Shown: positions 32,831 to 43,211, numbered from the stretch's first letter. The stretch: DNA of 64,000 nucleotides from Spirochaetia bacterium (GCA_965208575.1 CBDBOV010000002.1:128001-192000); one strand, 5' to 3'. Made by a program: numbers and translations. Notes: generated by a model from the letters alone, not told the origin.

Positions 32831-33934
32831 GTGCACAACTTCAACGCCGGTCCCGGTGCGCTGCCGGCCCCGGTGCTGGCGGCGGCGCGGGCGGCGTTGT
32901 GCGAACTGCCCGGAGCGGGCGTCACGGTTCTTGAAATCAGCCACCGCTCGGGGGAGTTCGAGGAGATCCTGGCCGAAGCCGAAGCGAACCTGCGCGCGCT
33001 GCTCGGCATCGACGACGCCTGGGCGGTGTTGTTCCTGCAGGGCGGCGCGCGGCAGCAGTTCGCCCTGATCCCGATCAACTTTCTCGCCGCCAGCGGGCGC
33101 CGCGCGGAGTACGTGGTAAGCGGCTACTGGAGCCGTACGGCGCACGCCGAGGCGGGCGTGGCGGCCGATGCCGGCGCCGGAGCGGTGTTGTGGGACGGCG
33201 CCGGCGATCGCTACCGCCGCATGCCGCGCCCGGACGAGCTTGTCCTGCCGCCCGCGCGGCGCGCCGCGGCCGCGTACGTGCACTACACCGTCAACGAGAC
33301 CATCGAGGGCATTCAGCTTGACACGCTGCCGGAGTTCGGCGCGCTGCCGGCGATCTGCGACGCCTCCTCGGAGATTCTCTCCCGTCCGCTGCCGCTCGAG
33401 CGCTGTGCGATGATCTACGCCGGCGCGCAGAAGAACCTGGGGCCGGCGGGGCTCACGCTGGTGGCCGTGCGCCGCGACCTGCTGGAACACGCCGCGCCGT
33501 CGCTGCCGGCGATGTTCGACTACCGGCGGCTGGCCGCGGCACGCTCGCTGCTCAATACGCCGCCGGTGTTCGCGATCTACGTGACGCTCCTGGTGACCCG
33601 CTGGATCCGCGACCAGATCGGCGGCCTGGAGGAGATGGCGCGCCGCAACCGCGCCAAGGCGCAGATGCTGTACCGGGTACTGGACGAGTCGGGGGGATTC
33701 TACCGCGGCCACGCGCTGCCGGAGAGCCGGTCGCACATGAACGTGACCTGGCGTCTTGCCGATCCGGAGTCGGAGCCGATGTTTCTGGAGCAGGCGTCCG
33801 CCGCCGGGTTCATGGGGCTCGCCGGCCACCGCTCGGTAGGTGGGCTGCGCGCGTCCTTGTACAATGCCGTGTCGCCCGCGAGTTGCCGCGAGTTGGCGGA
33901 GTTCATGAAGGAGTTTGCGCGGTGTCACGGCTAG
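32831..33934 (+). CDS. serC: Phosphoserine aminotransferase
   Basis: HNFNAGPGALP, EISHRS, YAGAQKNLGP, GHRSVGGLRASLYNA; start approximate. Confidence 0.95.
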   Translation: MHNFNAGPGALPAPVLAAARAALCELPGAGVTVLEISHRSGEFEEILAEAEANLRALLGIDDAWAVLFLQGGARQQFALIPINFLAASGRRAEYVVSGYWSRTAHAEAGVAADAGAGAVLWDGAGDRYRRMPRPDELVLPPARRAAAAYVHYTVNETIEGIQLDTLPEFGALPAICDASSEILSRPLPLERCAMIYAGAQKNLGPAGLTLVAVRRDLLEHAAPSLPAMFDYRRLAAARSLLNTPPVFAIYVTLLVTRWIRDQIGGLEEMARRNRAKAQMLYRVLDESGGFYRGHALPESRSHMNVTWRLADPESEPMFLEQASAAGFMGLAGHRSVGGLRASLYNAVSPASCRELAEFMKEFARCHG

Positions 33935-34116
33935 CCGGCATGGTCGCGGCCAGCGCGATGCGTTCGCGCGGCACCGGGCCGCCGGCATGCGACGCCGGCG
34001 CGCAGGCGTTACACTGTGGCGGCGAGCGGTGGCGGTGCAGAGACAATGAAACAGGGGACCGACGATCGGCATCTGCGCATGGGCGCGGCGATGAGCGGCG
34101 CACAGGGGGCAGCCGG

Positions 34117-35079
34117 ATGACCGGGGGATGTTGCGCGCCGCGGGCGCCGGCGCGGCGCGGCGCTGACGCCGGGCGCGCCGCGGGCGGTGCGCGGGCGGCG
34201 GTCGGGGGAGCCCATGACGACGGCCGCGCGATGTGCGAGCTGCCGGCGGCGGCGTTCCTGATGGGTGCCGAGGCGGGCGACGGCTTTCCCGCCGACGGCG
34301 AGGGACCGGTGCGCGAGGTGTCGCTGCGCGGCTTCGCCATCGACCTGTGCGCGGTGAGCGTCGCCGACTTCGCCGCGTTCGTGGACGACACCGGCTACGT
34401 CACCGAGGCGGAGCACTTCGGCTGGTCGTTCGTGTTCCGGAACCACGTCCCGAAGAACGCGTTCCGGAACAACCTGGTGCGCACCGTGCCCGGCCTGGCG
34501 TGGTGGTACGCGGTGGATCGCGCCTGCTGGCGGCGTCCGGAAGGCCCCGGTTCGCAGGCCCGGAAGCGGGAAGACCACCCGGTGACGCACGTTTCGCACG
34601 CCGACGCGGAGGCTTACTGCGCGTGGGCCGGCAAGCGGCTGCCCACCGAGGCGGAGTGGGAGTATGCCGCGCGCGGCGGCCTGGAGCAGCGCCGCTACGC
34701 CTGGGGCGACGAGCTTACGCCGGGCGGCAAGCACCGCTGCAACATCTGGCAGGGCACGTTCCCGGACTACGACCGGGCGACCGACGGTTACGCCGGCACC
34801 TGCCCGGTACGCACCTATCCGGCCAACGGCTACGGGTTGTACAACGTGGCCGGCAACGTGTGGGAGTGGTGCGCCGACTGGTTCAGCCCCGACCATCACC
34901 TGAACGCGCCGCGCGCGGACCCGACCGGCCCGGCGCGCGGCAGCAACCGGGTGATGCGCGGCGGCTCGTTCCTGTGCCACCGCTCCTACTGCAACCGCTA
35001 CCGGGTCGGCGCGCGCACCAGCAACTCGCCGGACAGCTCGACCGCCAACCTTGGATTCCGTTGCGCGAGGTCGTTGTGA
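34117..35079 (+). CDS. Formylglycine-generating enzyme (SUMF1/FGE family)
   Basis: RLPTEAEWEYAARGG, GNVWEWC, RGGSFLCHRSYCNRYR. Confidence 0.92.
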   Translation: MTGGCCAPRAPARRGADAGRAAGGARAAVGGAHDDGRAMCELPAAAFLMGAEAGDGFPADGEGPVREVSLRGFAIDLCAVSVADFAAFVDDTGYVTEAEHFGWSFVFRNHVPKNAFRNNLVRTVPGLAWWYAVDRACWRRPEGPGSQARKREDHPVTHVSHADAEAYCAWAGKRLPTEAEWEYAARGGLEQRRYAWGDELTPGGKHRCNIWQGTFPDYDRATDGYAGTCPVRTYPANGYGLYNVAGNVWEWCADWFSPDHHLNAPRADPTGPARGSNRVMRGGSFLCHRSYCNRYRVGARTSNSPDSSTANLGFRCARSL

Positions 35080-35158
35080 CGCGCGGCGGGGAGACGGAGG
35101 TTGCGGCGCGCGTGAGCGGACCGGAGACGACGGCGCCGGCGCCGGCACAGAGGGCGTT

Positions 35159-35704
35159 GTGCTGACCGGCCTGTTCTGGATGACGGCCATATTCGGCGTC
35201 GGCGTGACGGTGGTCGACCTGCTCGGCCTGATCGGCGGCGGTTCCGACGATGGCGGTGCAAGCGGCGGCGAGGGCGGCGGCGCCGGCGGCGGGGCGCCGG
35301 TGCTGTCGTTCCTGCGCTGGCTGCGCACCCTGGTCTACTTCTGCCTCGGCTTCGGTCCGTTCGGGCTGGCAGCGGGGGCGTTCGGCTCCGGACCGGTCGC
35401 CAGCCTGATCTGGTCGCTGGCCGGGGGCGTGTCGATGTCGGTGCTCGCGCGCCTGTTCTTCCGCTTCCAGCGCACCAGGCTGGACTCGTCGCTGCACGAC
35501 GAGGAACTGCTCATGGAGCCGGGCACGGTGATCGTGCCGATCGCGTCCGGCGGCATGGGCAAGGTGCGCGTGCTGTTCGGCCAGAGCGTTGCCGAACGCT
35601 ACGCGCGCGCGGAAGACGCGGCCCAGGAATTCGCCTCCGGAGACCGCGTGGTCGTTTCGCGAATTACAGAACAATGCGTCTACGTGCGCAGGGAGGAACC
35701 ATGA
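35159..35704 (+). CDS. NfeD-like membrane protein
   Basis: TM segments plus a C-terminal OB-like segment, directly upstream of two SPFH genes. Confidence 0.7.
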   Translation: MLTGLFWMTAIFGVGVTVVDLLGLIGGGSDDGGASGGEGGGAGGGAPVLSFLRWLRTLVYFCLGFGPFGLAAGAFGSGPVASLIWSLAGGVSMSVLARLFFRFQRTRLDSSLHDEELLMEPGTVIVPIASGGMGKVRVLFGQSVAERYARAEDAAQEFASGDRVVVSRITEQCVYVRREEP

Positions 35705-37077
35705 CAGAAGGATTTATCGGCGGCGGCGTGGGCGCGGTGGCCGCGTTCGTGTTCGTTATCGCCATGCTGCGCTCGGTGATCAGAGTGTGCCCGCCCGACC
35801 AGGTGCTGGTGGTGACCGGCGCCAAGACCACCATTCGCGGCAAGAGCTACGGCTTTCGCCTGCAGCGCGGCGGGTGGACGTTCGTCGTCCCCTTCTTCCA
35901 GAGCGTGCAGGGGCTGGGGTTGAGCACCATCCCCATCGACGTGCGCGTGGAGGGGGTGAACTCGGCCAACGGCATCACGGTCGGCGCCGACGCCACCGCC
36001 TGCGTGTGCGTGGACCACGAGGACGACTCCCTGCTCTACTCCGCGGTCGAACGCCTCATGGGCAAGTCGCGCGCCGAGATCCAGGAGCAGATTCAACAGA
36101 CCATGGTGGGCAACTTCCGCGGCGCGCTCAACAAGACCACGCCGCTGCAGGCGATCGGCATGGTGGAGAGCGTGGAGGAGCGCGACCGCACCGGCGAGGG
36201 CGACAGTCTGACGCGGAACGACGTCGATCCCGACGACGACGTGGAGGGCGAGCGCGCGCAGTTCCGCGCCGAGCTGCTGCGCGACAGCAACCAGGACCTG
36301 AGCACGTTCGGCATGCGCGTGGTGTCGGTGTCGCTGCAGAAGATCTGGGACACCTCCAACTACATCGCCAACCTGGCCAACAAGACCCTGTCGCGCAAGC
36401 GCCAGGAGGTGGAGATCGAGGAGGCGCGCCTGAAGGCGCAGGCGGAGCGCTCCGAGTCGGACGCCAACCGGCGCGAGGCGGTGGCCGAGAACAGCGCCGA
36501 CGAGCAGATCATCGCCGCCCAGCAGGAGCTGGAGGTGCTGCGCCGCACCTGCGAGGCGGAGGTGGAGCAGAACCGGCTGGAGACCGACAGCGCCATCGCG
36601 CGCGCCGAGAGCGAGGGCGAGCGCGCGGTGCAGGAGATCGCCGTCGAGCTGCGCAAGCTCAAGAACGTCTCCGACGTCACCCTGGAGGCGGACACCAGGC
36701 GGCAGGCGGCGGAGATCCTGGCCGACGGCCAGAACCAGGCGGTGCAGATCGTCGAGTCGACCCACAATGACCTCCTGGACCAGAAGGCGACCATGGTCGC
36801 CGGCGCCGGCGATTCCGGCAAGATCGCGCTGTTCGTGCAGCAGCAGCTTCCCACGCTGTTTGCCGCCTATGAGAAGCATGCGCGCGAATTGAAGGTGGAC
36901 AACGTGGTGATCATGGATGACGAGCGCGGCATGAACGGGCTGCTCAACCGCGGCCCGGACGCGTTCGTCGACTTCCTGCAGCGGTTCGAAGAGGGGTTCG
37001 GCATCAGCGTGAAGGATCTGCTCGGCCAGCGTGCCGGAACCGCCGCGGCCCGCGCCGACCAGGAGGTGAAGTCATGA
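35701..37077 (+). CDS. SPFH/flotillin-family protein 1
   Basis: N-terminal TM, band-7 domain, EA-rich coiled coil. Confidence 0.85.
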   Translation: MTEGFIGGGVGAVAAFVFVIAMLRSVIRVCPPDQVLVVTGAKTTIRGKSYGFRLQRGGWTFVVPFFQSVQGLGLSTIPIDVRVEGVNSANGITVGADATACVCVDHEDDSLLYSAVERLMGKSRAEIQEQIQQTMVGNFRGALNKTTPLQAIGMVESVEERDRTGEGDSLTRNDVDPDDDVEGERAQFRAELLRDSNQDLSTFGMRVVSVSLQKIWDTSNYIANLANKTLSRKRQEVEIEEARLKAQAERSESDANRREAVAENSADEQIIAAQQELEVLRRTCEAEVEQNRLETDSAIARAESEGERAVQEIAVELRKLKNVSDVTLEADTRRQAAEILADGQNQAVQIVESTHNDLLDQKATMVAGAGDSGKIALFVQQQLPTLFAAYEKHARELKVDNVVIMDDERGMNGLLNRGPDAFVDFLQRFEEGFGISVKDLLGQRAGTAAARADQEVKS

Positions 37078-38366
37078 CCGGGTTCGTCGTCGTCTTTGCC
37101 CTGCTCGTGCTCATCACCCTGCTGCTCCAGTTGATCACCAAGATGAAGATCGTCGGTGCCGACGAACTGGCGATCGTGGCCGGCCAGGGCAAGTCGTTCT
37201 CGTCGGTGCGCGGCGGGCGCGTGTTCGTGTTCCCGCTGATCCACCGCTTCTACCGCATGGACATGCGCCCGCGCACCACCAGCGTGCGGGTGGAGTCGGC
37301 GATCGCGGCCGGCATCGTGCCGCTGACCGTGGTGGCCACCGTCAGCTTCGCGGTGGCTGCCTCCGGCGAGGGGCTGCGCAACGCGATCCGCCGCATCCTG
37401 CTGATGACGCGCGACTGGAACGAGCTCACCGGTATCGCCACCGGCATCATCGAGGGCCACCTGCGCGACTCGATCGCCACCATGACCCCGGAGGAGGTGA
37501 TGACCGACAAGGACCGGCTGGTGCAGAACATGATCCGCGTCTGCAAGACGGATCTGGAGGGGATCGGACTGGAGATCACGGCCATGAACATCGCCGACGT
37601 GGACGACCACCGGCTGGAAGGGGTGCGCGAGCCGGAACTGTACATCGCGCTGTTGAAGCGGATTCAGTCGGCCAACGCCGAGGCGCAGTCGCGGGCCGCG
37701 CAGGCGCAGGCGCGCGCCGCCGCCAAGGAGGAGTCGGAGACGCGGCGCGCCGAGGTGGCGGTGCGCGATGCGGCCAACGCCAAGGAGAGCCTGACTGCCC
37801 AGACGCGGGTGGACGTGGCTCAGCAGGGCCAGCGCAGCGCCATTGGCGTGCAGCGGGCACAGCGCGACGCGGAGGCCAACGTGGCCGGCATCAAGGCGCA
37901 GATCCGCGCCGAGGAGCAGCGCATCGCGATGCTGCGCGAGAAGTACCGCGCCGAGATCCTGGTGCCCGCCGAGGCGGAGCGGGAGCGGATGGCGCTGCAG
38001 GCAAAGACCAGCGCGGCCGAGATCCGCGGCCGCGCGCAGGCCGAGATCGACCAGTTGACGCGCACCATCGAGATCCTGCGCGCCGGCGGCAAGTCTGCCC
38101 TCGCCGCCTACGTGATCGAGCACTTCGACAAGTTCATCGAGCCGTTCGCGCAGACCCTGGCGCTGTTCCCGACCGCGCACGCGGCGGTAATCTCGGGCGC
38201 GGGCGGCACCCACGCGCCGATCTCCGGCGTGCACCCGCACCCGGTGGAGGAGGAAAAGGCGCGCATCACCCTGCAGGCCCTCGGCGCCATCTCCACCGCC
38301 GCGCCGCCGCCCGCATCCGCCGAGCCCGCCGACGCGCGGCCTGGCGGCGCCCGGACGCGGCGGTAG
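37074..38366 (+). CDS. SPFH/flotillin-family protein 2
   Basis: EGHLRDSIATMTPEE, VPAEAER. Confidence 0.88.
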   Translation: MTGFVVVFALLVLITLLLQLITKMKIVGADELAIVAGQGKSFSSVRGGRVFVFPLIHRFYRMDMRPRTTSVRVESAIAAGIVPLTVVATVSFAVAASGEGLRNAIRRILLMTRDWNELTGIATGIIEGHLRDSIATMTPEEVMTDKDRLVQNMIRVCKTDLEGIGLEITAMNIADVDDHRLEGVREPELYIALLKRIQSANAEAQSRAAQAQARAAAKEESETRRAEVAVRDAANAKESLTAQTRVDVAQQGQRSAIGVQRAQRDAEANVAGIKAQIRAEEQRIAMLREKYRAEILVPAEAERERMALQAKTSAAEIRGRAQAEIDQLTRTIEILRAGGKSALAAYVIEHFDKFIEPFAQTLALFPTAHAAVISGAGGTHAPISGVHPHPVEEEKARITLQALGAISTAAPPPASAEPADARPGGARTRR

Positions 38367-38622
38367 CGGGGGCGGCGGCGGCAGTCGTCCGCCCGCGCTC
38401 TGCGCCGCGGATGGCGGGGCTGGCGCGGTAACCAAGCGGCCCGGCCCGGCCCGGCCCGGCCTCGCCGCGGCGGTAGTCGTGCGCCCGCCGCCCATGGCGG
38501 GGCTGGTGCGGCAACCCGGCTGCCGGGTCCGGCTGCGTCCGGCCTCGCCACGGCGCGGCGGCCGGCCGCCGGCCGCCTGCTCCGGTAAACCGGCAGCAGG
38601 TCCGCGCCGACGAGCGGCCCGT

Positions 38623-39897
38623 TCAGCCTTGCAGTTGTGCGAAGCGGGTGAAGTAGTCGGGGAAGGTCTTGGCGGTGCAGCCGGGGTCGGCGATGGCGAT
38701 GCCGGGGGCGCGCAGGCCGGTGACCGCGAACGCCATCGCCATGCGGTGGTCGTCGTAGGTCTCGACGGTGGCGGGGCGCGGGGGGGCCGGCTCGATGCGC
38801 AGGCCGTCGTCGCGCTCCTCGACCGGCACCCCGAGGCGGCGCAGCTCGGTGGCCATGGCGGCGACCCGGTCGGTCTCCTGCAGGCGGGTGTGGGCGATGC
38901 CGCGGATGGTGACCGGCGCCTTGGCGAACGGCGCGATCGCGGCGAGCGTGGGTGCGGTGTCGCTGATCGGCGCCAGGTTCACGTCGACGCCGGCGAGCTG
39001 GGCGGGCCCGCGCACGGTGACCGTGTCGCCGCGCCAGCGCACCTTGCAGCGCATCCGGTGCAGCACTTCCAGGAACGCCAGGTCGCCCTGCAGCGAGTCG
39101 CGGGTCAGGCCGGCTACCGTCACCCGGCCGCCGGTGACCGCGGCGGCCGCGAAGAAGTAGGAGGCGTTGGTGGCGTCCGGCTCGATTGCCATGTTCACCG
39201 GGTGGTAGCGCTGCCCGGCGGCAATGTACAGGCTCGTGCTGCCGCCGGCCGCGGTCACGCCGAACTGCTCCATGAGGCGCGTGGTCATGCCCACGAACGG
39301 CTTCGACACCAGCGCCCCGGTGATGTACACGGTGGTCGTGGCGCGCGCCAGCGGCGCCACCATCAGCAGGGCCGAAATGGGCTGGCTGCTGCGCATGCCG
39401 GAGATCTCCAGGTGGCCCCCGGCGAGCCCGGTGCCGCACAGGGTGAACGGCATGCGCGGCGGCTCCGCGTCCGAGGTGATGCGCGCGCCCTGGGCGGTCA
39501 GCGCGGCGAGCAGTTCGTCGATCGGCCGCTCGCGCATGCGCGGCACCCCGTCCACCGTGTAGCAGCCCTCGCCGAGCGCCAGCAGCGCGGTCAGAAAGCG
39601 CGCCGCCGTGCCCGCGTTGCCCACGAACAGGTCCGCCTTGCGCGCCGGAATGGAACCGCCCTGGCCGTCGACGCTGATCGTTGCGGCTTCGGCATCTTCA
39701 CGCACCTCGATACCGAGCGCCCGCAGCGCCTCGCCGAAGTAGCGCGTGTCGTCGCTGAACAGGGCGTTGTGCAGGGTCGACGTGCCGGAGGCCAGCGCCG
39801 CCATGCACATGGCGCGGTTGGTCAGGCTCTTGGATCCGGGCACCCGCACCTCGGCATCGATCGGCCCGTTGGCCGGTGAAATAGCTTGTACACTCAC
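38623..39897 (-). CDS. aroA: EPSP synthase
   Basis: PGSKSLTNRA, GNAGTAARF, RLQETDR, DDHRMAM, KTFPDYF. Confidence 0.95.
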   Translation of the reverse strand: MSVQAISPANGPIDAEVRVPGSKSLTNRAMCMAALASGTSTLHNALFSDDTRYFGEALRALGIEVREDAEAATISVDGQGGSIPARKADLFVGNAGTAARFLTALLALGEGCYTVDGVPRMRERPIDELLAALTAQGARITSDAEPPRMPFTLCGTGLAGGHLEISGMRSSQPISALLMVAPLARATTTVYITGALVSKPFVGMTTRLMEQFGVTAAGGSTSLYIAAGQRYHPVNMAIEPDATNASYFFAAAAVTGGRVTVAGLTRDSLQGDLAFLEVLHRMRCKVRWRGDTVTVRGPAQLAGVDVNLAPISDTAPTLAAIAPFAKAPVTIRGIAHTRLQETDRVAAMATELRRLGVPVEERDDGLRIEPAPPRPATVETYDDHRMAMAFAVTGLRAPGIAIADPGCTAKTFPDYFTRFAQLQG

Positions 39898-40049
39898 CCC
39901 CCAATGGTGCCGCACGCAGCCGGAACCGCACAAGGGTCGTTTCCGCTCGCCACGCCCGCACGACCTTGTACCGCGTGCTCGGAGTGTGCTACCTGTTCGG
40001 CGCCTGCCGGACGCCGCCGCTCGCGGAGTGACGGCTCCCCATCCACGCG

Positions 40050-40157
40050 GCGTCGGGAGTGTCCCCGGAACTGGTGCGCCTGTCGATCGGCATCGAGCAC
40101 ATCGACGACATCCTCGCGGACATCGACCAGGCGCTGCACGCCGCCAGGCAGGCCTGA
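40050..40157 (+). pseudogene. Isolated 3' fragment of a Cys/Met-metabolism PLP enzyme (MetY/OAH sulfhydrylase-like)
   Basis: [35 protein letters not shown]; in-frame stop at 40029-40031 just upstream. Confidence 0.75.
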
Positions 40158-40203
40158 CCGGCGCCGGCGCTCTTTCGCCGGCGATTGGTGGTAGAGTAGC
40201 GCC

Positions 40204-40581
40204 ATGGACAAGATACCGGTTACCTCCGCCGGCGGAGCGCCGCCGGGCGGGCCGTACACCCCCGCGTTGCGCTGGGGCGAGTTGTTGTTCGTGTCGGGGC
40301 AGGTGGGAGTGGATCCGGCCACCGGCGAGCCGGTGGCGGGCGACTTCGCCGCCGAAGTGCGGCAGGTGCTGAGCAACGTCCGGACGCTGGTGGAGGCGGG
40401 CGGTTCCTCGATGGACAAGGTGTTGCGCGCCACCGTGTACCTGACCGACATGGCGCTGTTCGCGGAGATGAACGCCGTGTACGAACAATTCTTTCCCGAG
40501 CCGCGCCCCACGCGCAGCACGGTGCAGGTGGGCCTGGCACGGCAGTACCGCGTCGAAATCGACGTGATCGCCCACACCTGA
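40204..40581 (+). CDS. RidA/YjgF family enamine deaminase
   Basis: GPYTPA, LFVSGQ, MNAVYEQFF, PTRSTVQV, VEIDVIA. Confidence 0.92.
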   Translation: MDKIPVTSAGGAPPGGPYTPALRWGELLFVSGQVGVDPATGEPVAGDFAAEVRQVLSNVRTLVEAGGSSMDKVLRATVYLTDMALFAEMNAVYEQFFPEPRPTRSTVQVGLARQYRVEIDVIAHT

Positions 40582-40588
40582 CACCGCG

Positions 40589-41704
40589 GTGAGCGAGGAA
40601 ACCACCCGGCACCAGATCCACTTTGCTGACGCGCGGCGCATGTCCGCGGTGCGCGACGGCTCGGTGTCATTGGTGGTTACCTCGCCACCGTACCCGATGA
40701 TTGAGCTATGGGACGAGCAATTCGCCGCAGCCGACCCGTTGATCGCGAAGGCGCTGGCAGCGGAGGACGGGATTCGGGCCTTCAAGTTGATGCACGCTCG
40801 CCTGGACGCGGTGTGGCGCGAGTGCCGCCGCGTGCTGCAGCCGGGCGGGCTGGCGTGCATCAACATCGGCGACGCCACCCGCAAGATCGGCGGCGAGTTT
40901 CGGCTGTTCTCGAACCACAGCCGTATCCTGCAGGCACTGATGCGACTCGGGTTCTCCGTGCTGCCCGACATCCTGTGGCGCAAGCCGACCAATGCGCCCA
41001 ACAAGTTCCTGGGCTCCGGCATGCTGCCGGCCGGCGCCTACGTGACCTACGAGCACGAATATATCCTGATCGCCCGCAAGGGCGGACCGCGCAGGTTTTC
41101 CCCCGCCGACAAGGCCCGCCGACGGCGCAGCGCCTTCTTCTGGGAGGAACGCAACGAGTGGTTCTCGGATGTCTGGCTCGGCTTGGTCGGCACGAGGCAA
41201 CTGCTCGGCAACGCGGGGCTGGGAGATCGCGATCTCCGCGCGCGGAGCGCCGCGTTCCCGTTTGAGTTGGCGCACCGGCTGGTCCAGATGTACTCGCTGA
41301 TCGGCGACACCGTGCTCGACCCGTTTCTCGGTACCGGGACGACCACGGCGGTCGCCATCGCCGGCGGCCGTTCCAGCATTGGTTTCGAAATCGAGCGCGA
41401 GCTTGAGCAACCCATCCGCGACACCATCGACACCGCATGCCCGCTCGGGCGCGTCTACGCGAGCCGGCGGCTGTCCGCACACCTCGACTTCGTACAATCC
41501 CGTGAGGCAGCTGGAAAGCCCTGCCGCCACGTCAACCGCCACTATGGCTTCCCGGTAGTGACAGGCCAGGAGACCGACTTACAATTCCTTATACCGAAAT
41601 CAATAAGGGTCGATTCAGACGCGAACTGTTTCGCTTACCACGATCCTGCTCCGCAACCGGTTCGGGAGTCGCAGCCGGAACTCTCATTCGGGAGTCCGTC
41701 ATGA
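40589..41704 (+). CDS. Site-specific DNA methyltransferase, beta class, probably N4-cytosine
   Basis: VTSPPY precedes VLDPFLGTGTT. Confidence 0.9.
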   Translation: MSEETTRHQIHFADARRMSAVRDGSVSLVVTSPPYPMIELWDEQFAAADPLIAKALAAEDGIRAFKLMHARLDAVWRECRRVLQPGGLACINIGDATRKIGGEFRLFSNHSRILQALMRLGFSVLPDILWRKPTNAPNKFLGSGMLPAGAYVTYEHEYILIARKGGPRRFSPADKARRRRSAFFWEERNEWFSDVWLGLVGTRQLLGNAGLGDRDLRARSAAFPFELAHRLVQMYSLIGDTVLDPFLGTGTTTAVAIAGGRSSIGFEIERELEQPIRDTIDTACPLGRVYASRRLSAHLDFVQSREAAGKPCRHVNRHYGFPVVTGQETDLQFLIPKSIRVDSDANCFAYHDPAPQPVRESQPELSFGSPS

Positions 41705-41916
41705 TGATCAAACTCGCGCCGCAAGACCTGCGCCGACGACTTGTAGGGGATCGTCCAGCATACGAAAAGTACGACGGGCGTCCGGTCTCGGTGAAGCCAA
41801 TCACCTACAAGACGATGGACACGCTCGGCGAGACGATCGACGCCCTGATGGTCTACTACGAAAAGAAGTCCAACGGCACGACAGTGGCTGAGTTCGACGA
41901 GGTTGAACGCCGTTGA
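41701..41916 (+). pseudogene. Internally deleted MjaI-like restriction endonuclease remnant
   Basis: 71 aa. An N-terminal segment (...PAYEKY) is joined directly to a C-terminal segment (DGRPVSVKPITYK...YYEKK), both resembling the MjaI family from memory. Coupled to the MTase. Confidence 0.55.
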
Positions 41917-43211
41917 ATCGGGACGAGTTGGCGCGGCTGGTCGGGTCCGGGGAGAACTCGGGGGTGGAGTTCAAGCGGGATGATCTGCGTCCGGAGCGGG
42001 CGGCGAGAGAGATCGCCGGCCTGCTCAACCTGGAAGGGGGGCACCTGCTGCTCGGGGTGGAGGACGACGGCACGGTCACCGGCCTTTCGCGGGACCGGCG
42101 GCGGGCGGAGGAATGGGTGATGGAGGCGGCGCGTGCCCACGTGCGCCCGGCGACGATTCCCTACTGGGAGACGGTCGAATGGCGCGAGGGGGTGGTCGTC
42201 GGCGTCGTGTCGCTGCCGGCGGACGCCCCGGACAAGCCGTACAAGGCGAAGCGCGGGTCGGCCTGGGTGACGCAGGTGCGCGTCGGAACCACCACCCGCG
42301 ATGCCACCGACGAGGAGGAGATGCGCCTGTACCAGCAGTCGGGGCGGCTGCAGTACGACCGCAAGCCGGTGCCCGGCACTTCGTTCGCCGACCTCGACCG
42401 GCGCCGACTGATCAACTATTTCCGCGACGTCCGCGAGCAGGAGTGCCCCGACGAGACCGACGAAGCAGCGTGGACGCGGCTCCTGGTGAACACCGAGATC
42501 ATGGTGGAAGGGAGCGGGCGGTCGATGGCGAGCGCGGCCGGACTGCTCCTGTTCGGCAAGAATCCGAATCGCTATCTCCCGCACGCAGGGGTCAGTGCGG
42601 CAGCCTACGGTGGTGCGGAGAAGGACTACGACGCGAGGGAGCGGGCCACGGTGCGCGGGCCGGCAGTGTCGCTGGCGTTCCGACGGACGGACGCGGACGG
42701 TACGCGGTATCCCGGGCAGACACGCACGTTCTCCGCGAGCAGCGAGTGGATGGAGAGCGGCGTGATCGAGCGCACGCTCGAGTTCGTGCGGCGCAACGTC
42801 TGCCTGGAGGCTTGGATCGATGCCGGCGGGCGCCGGCAGGAGCGCTGGGAGTACCCGCTGGAGGCGGTGCGGGAGGCGGTCGTGAACGCGGTCGCGCACC
42901 GCGACTACACGATCACGGTGAGCGACATCGAGCTGTCGATCTACGCCGACCGCCTGGAGATCGTCTCGCCCGGCCGGCTGCCGAACACGGTCACGGTGGC
43001 CAAGATGCGCGCCGGCTACCGTGCCACCCGCAACGAGCTGGTGAAGGAGGTGCTGCGCGACTACCGCTACGTCGAGGCCACCGGCCTGGGGGTGCCGCGC
43101 AAGCTCGTGCGCGGCATGCGCGAGCACAACGGCACCGAGCCCGACCTGATCGAGGAGGAGGACCGCTTCACGGTGCGGCTCTGGAAGCAGCGTCCGGCGG
43201 CGGGGGCGTGA
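41913..43211 (+). CDS. Schlafen/AlbA_2 domain plus HATPase_c_4 (RecG-C-like) protein
   Basis: GENSGVEFKRD, NLEGGHLLLGVEDDG, REAVVNAVAHRDY, SPGRLP. Confidence 0.85.
   Translation: MNRDELARLVGSGENSGVEFKRDDLRPERAAREIAGLLNLEGGHLLLGVEDDGTVTGLSRDRRRAEEWVMEAARAHVRPATIPYWETVEWREGVVVGVVSLPADAPDKPYKAKRGSAWVTQVRVGTTTRDATDEEEMRLYQQSGRLQYDRKPVPGTSFADLDRRRLINYFRDVREQECPDETDEAAWTRLLVNTEIMVEGSGRSMASAAGLLLFGKNPNRYLPHAGVSAAAYGGAEKDYDARERATVRGPAVSLAFRRTDADGTRYPGQTRTFSASSEWMESGVIERTLEFVRRNVCLEAWIDAGGRRQERWEYPLEAVREAVVNAVAHRDYTITVSDIELSIYADRLEIVSPGRLPNTVTVAKMRAGYRATRNELVKEVLRDYRYVEATGLGVPRKLVRGMREHNGTEPDLIEEEDRFTVRLWKQRPAAGA

Noticed and set aside
32670-32860. Possible degenerate upstream copy of the serC 5' end
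   Set aside because: Short and needs gaps; not supportable without a statistical test
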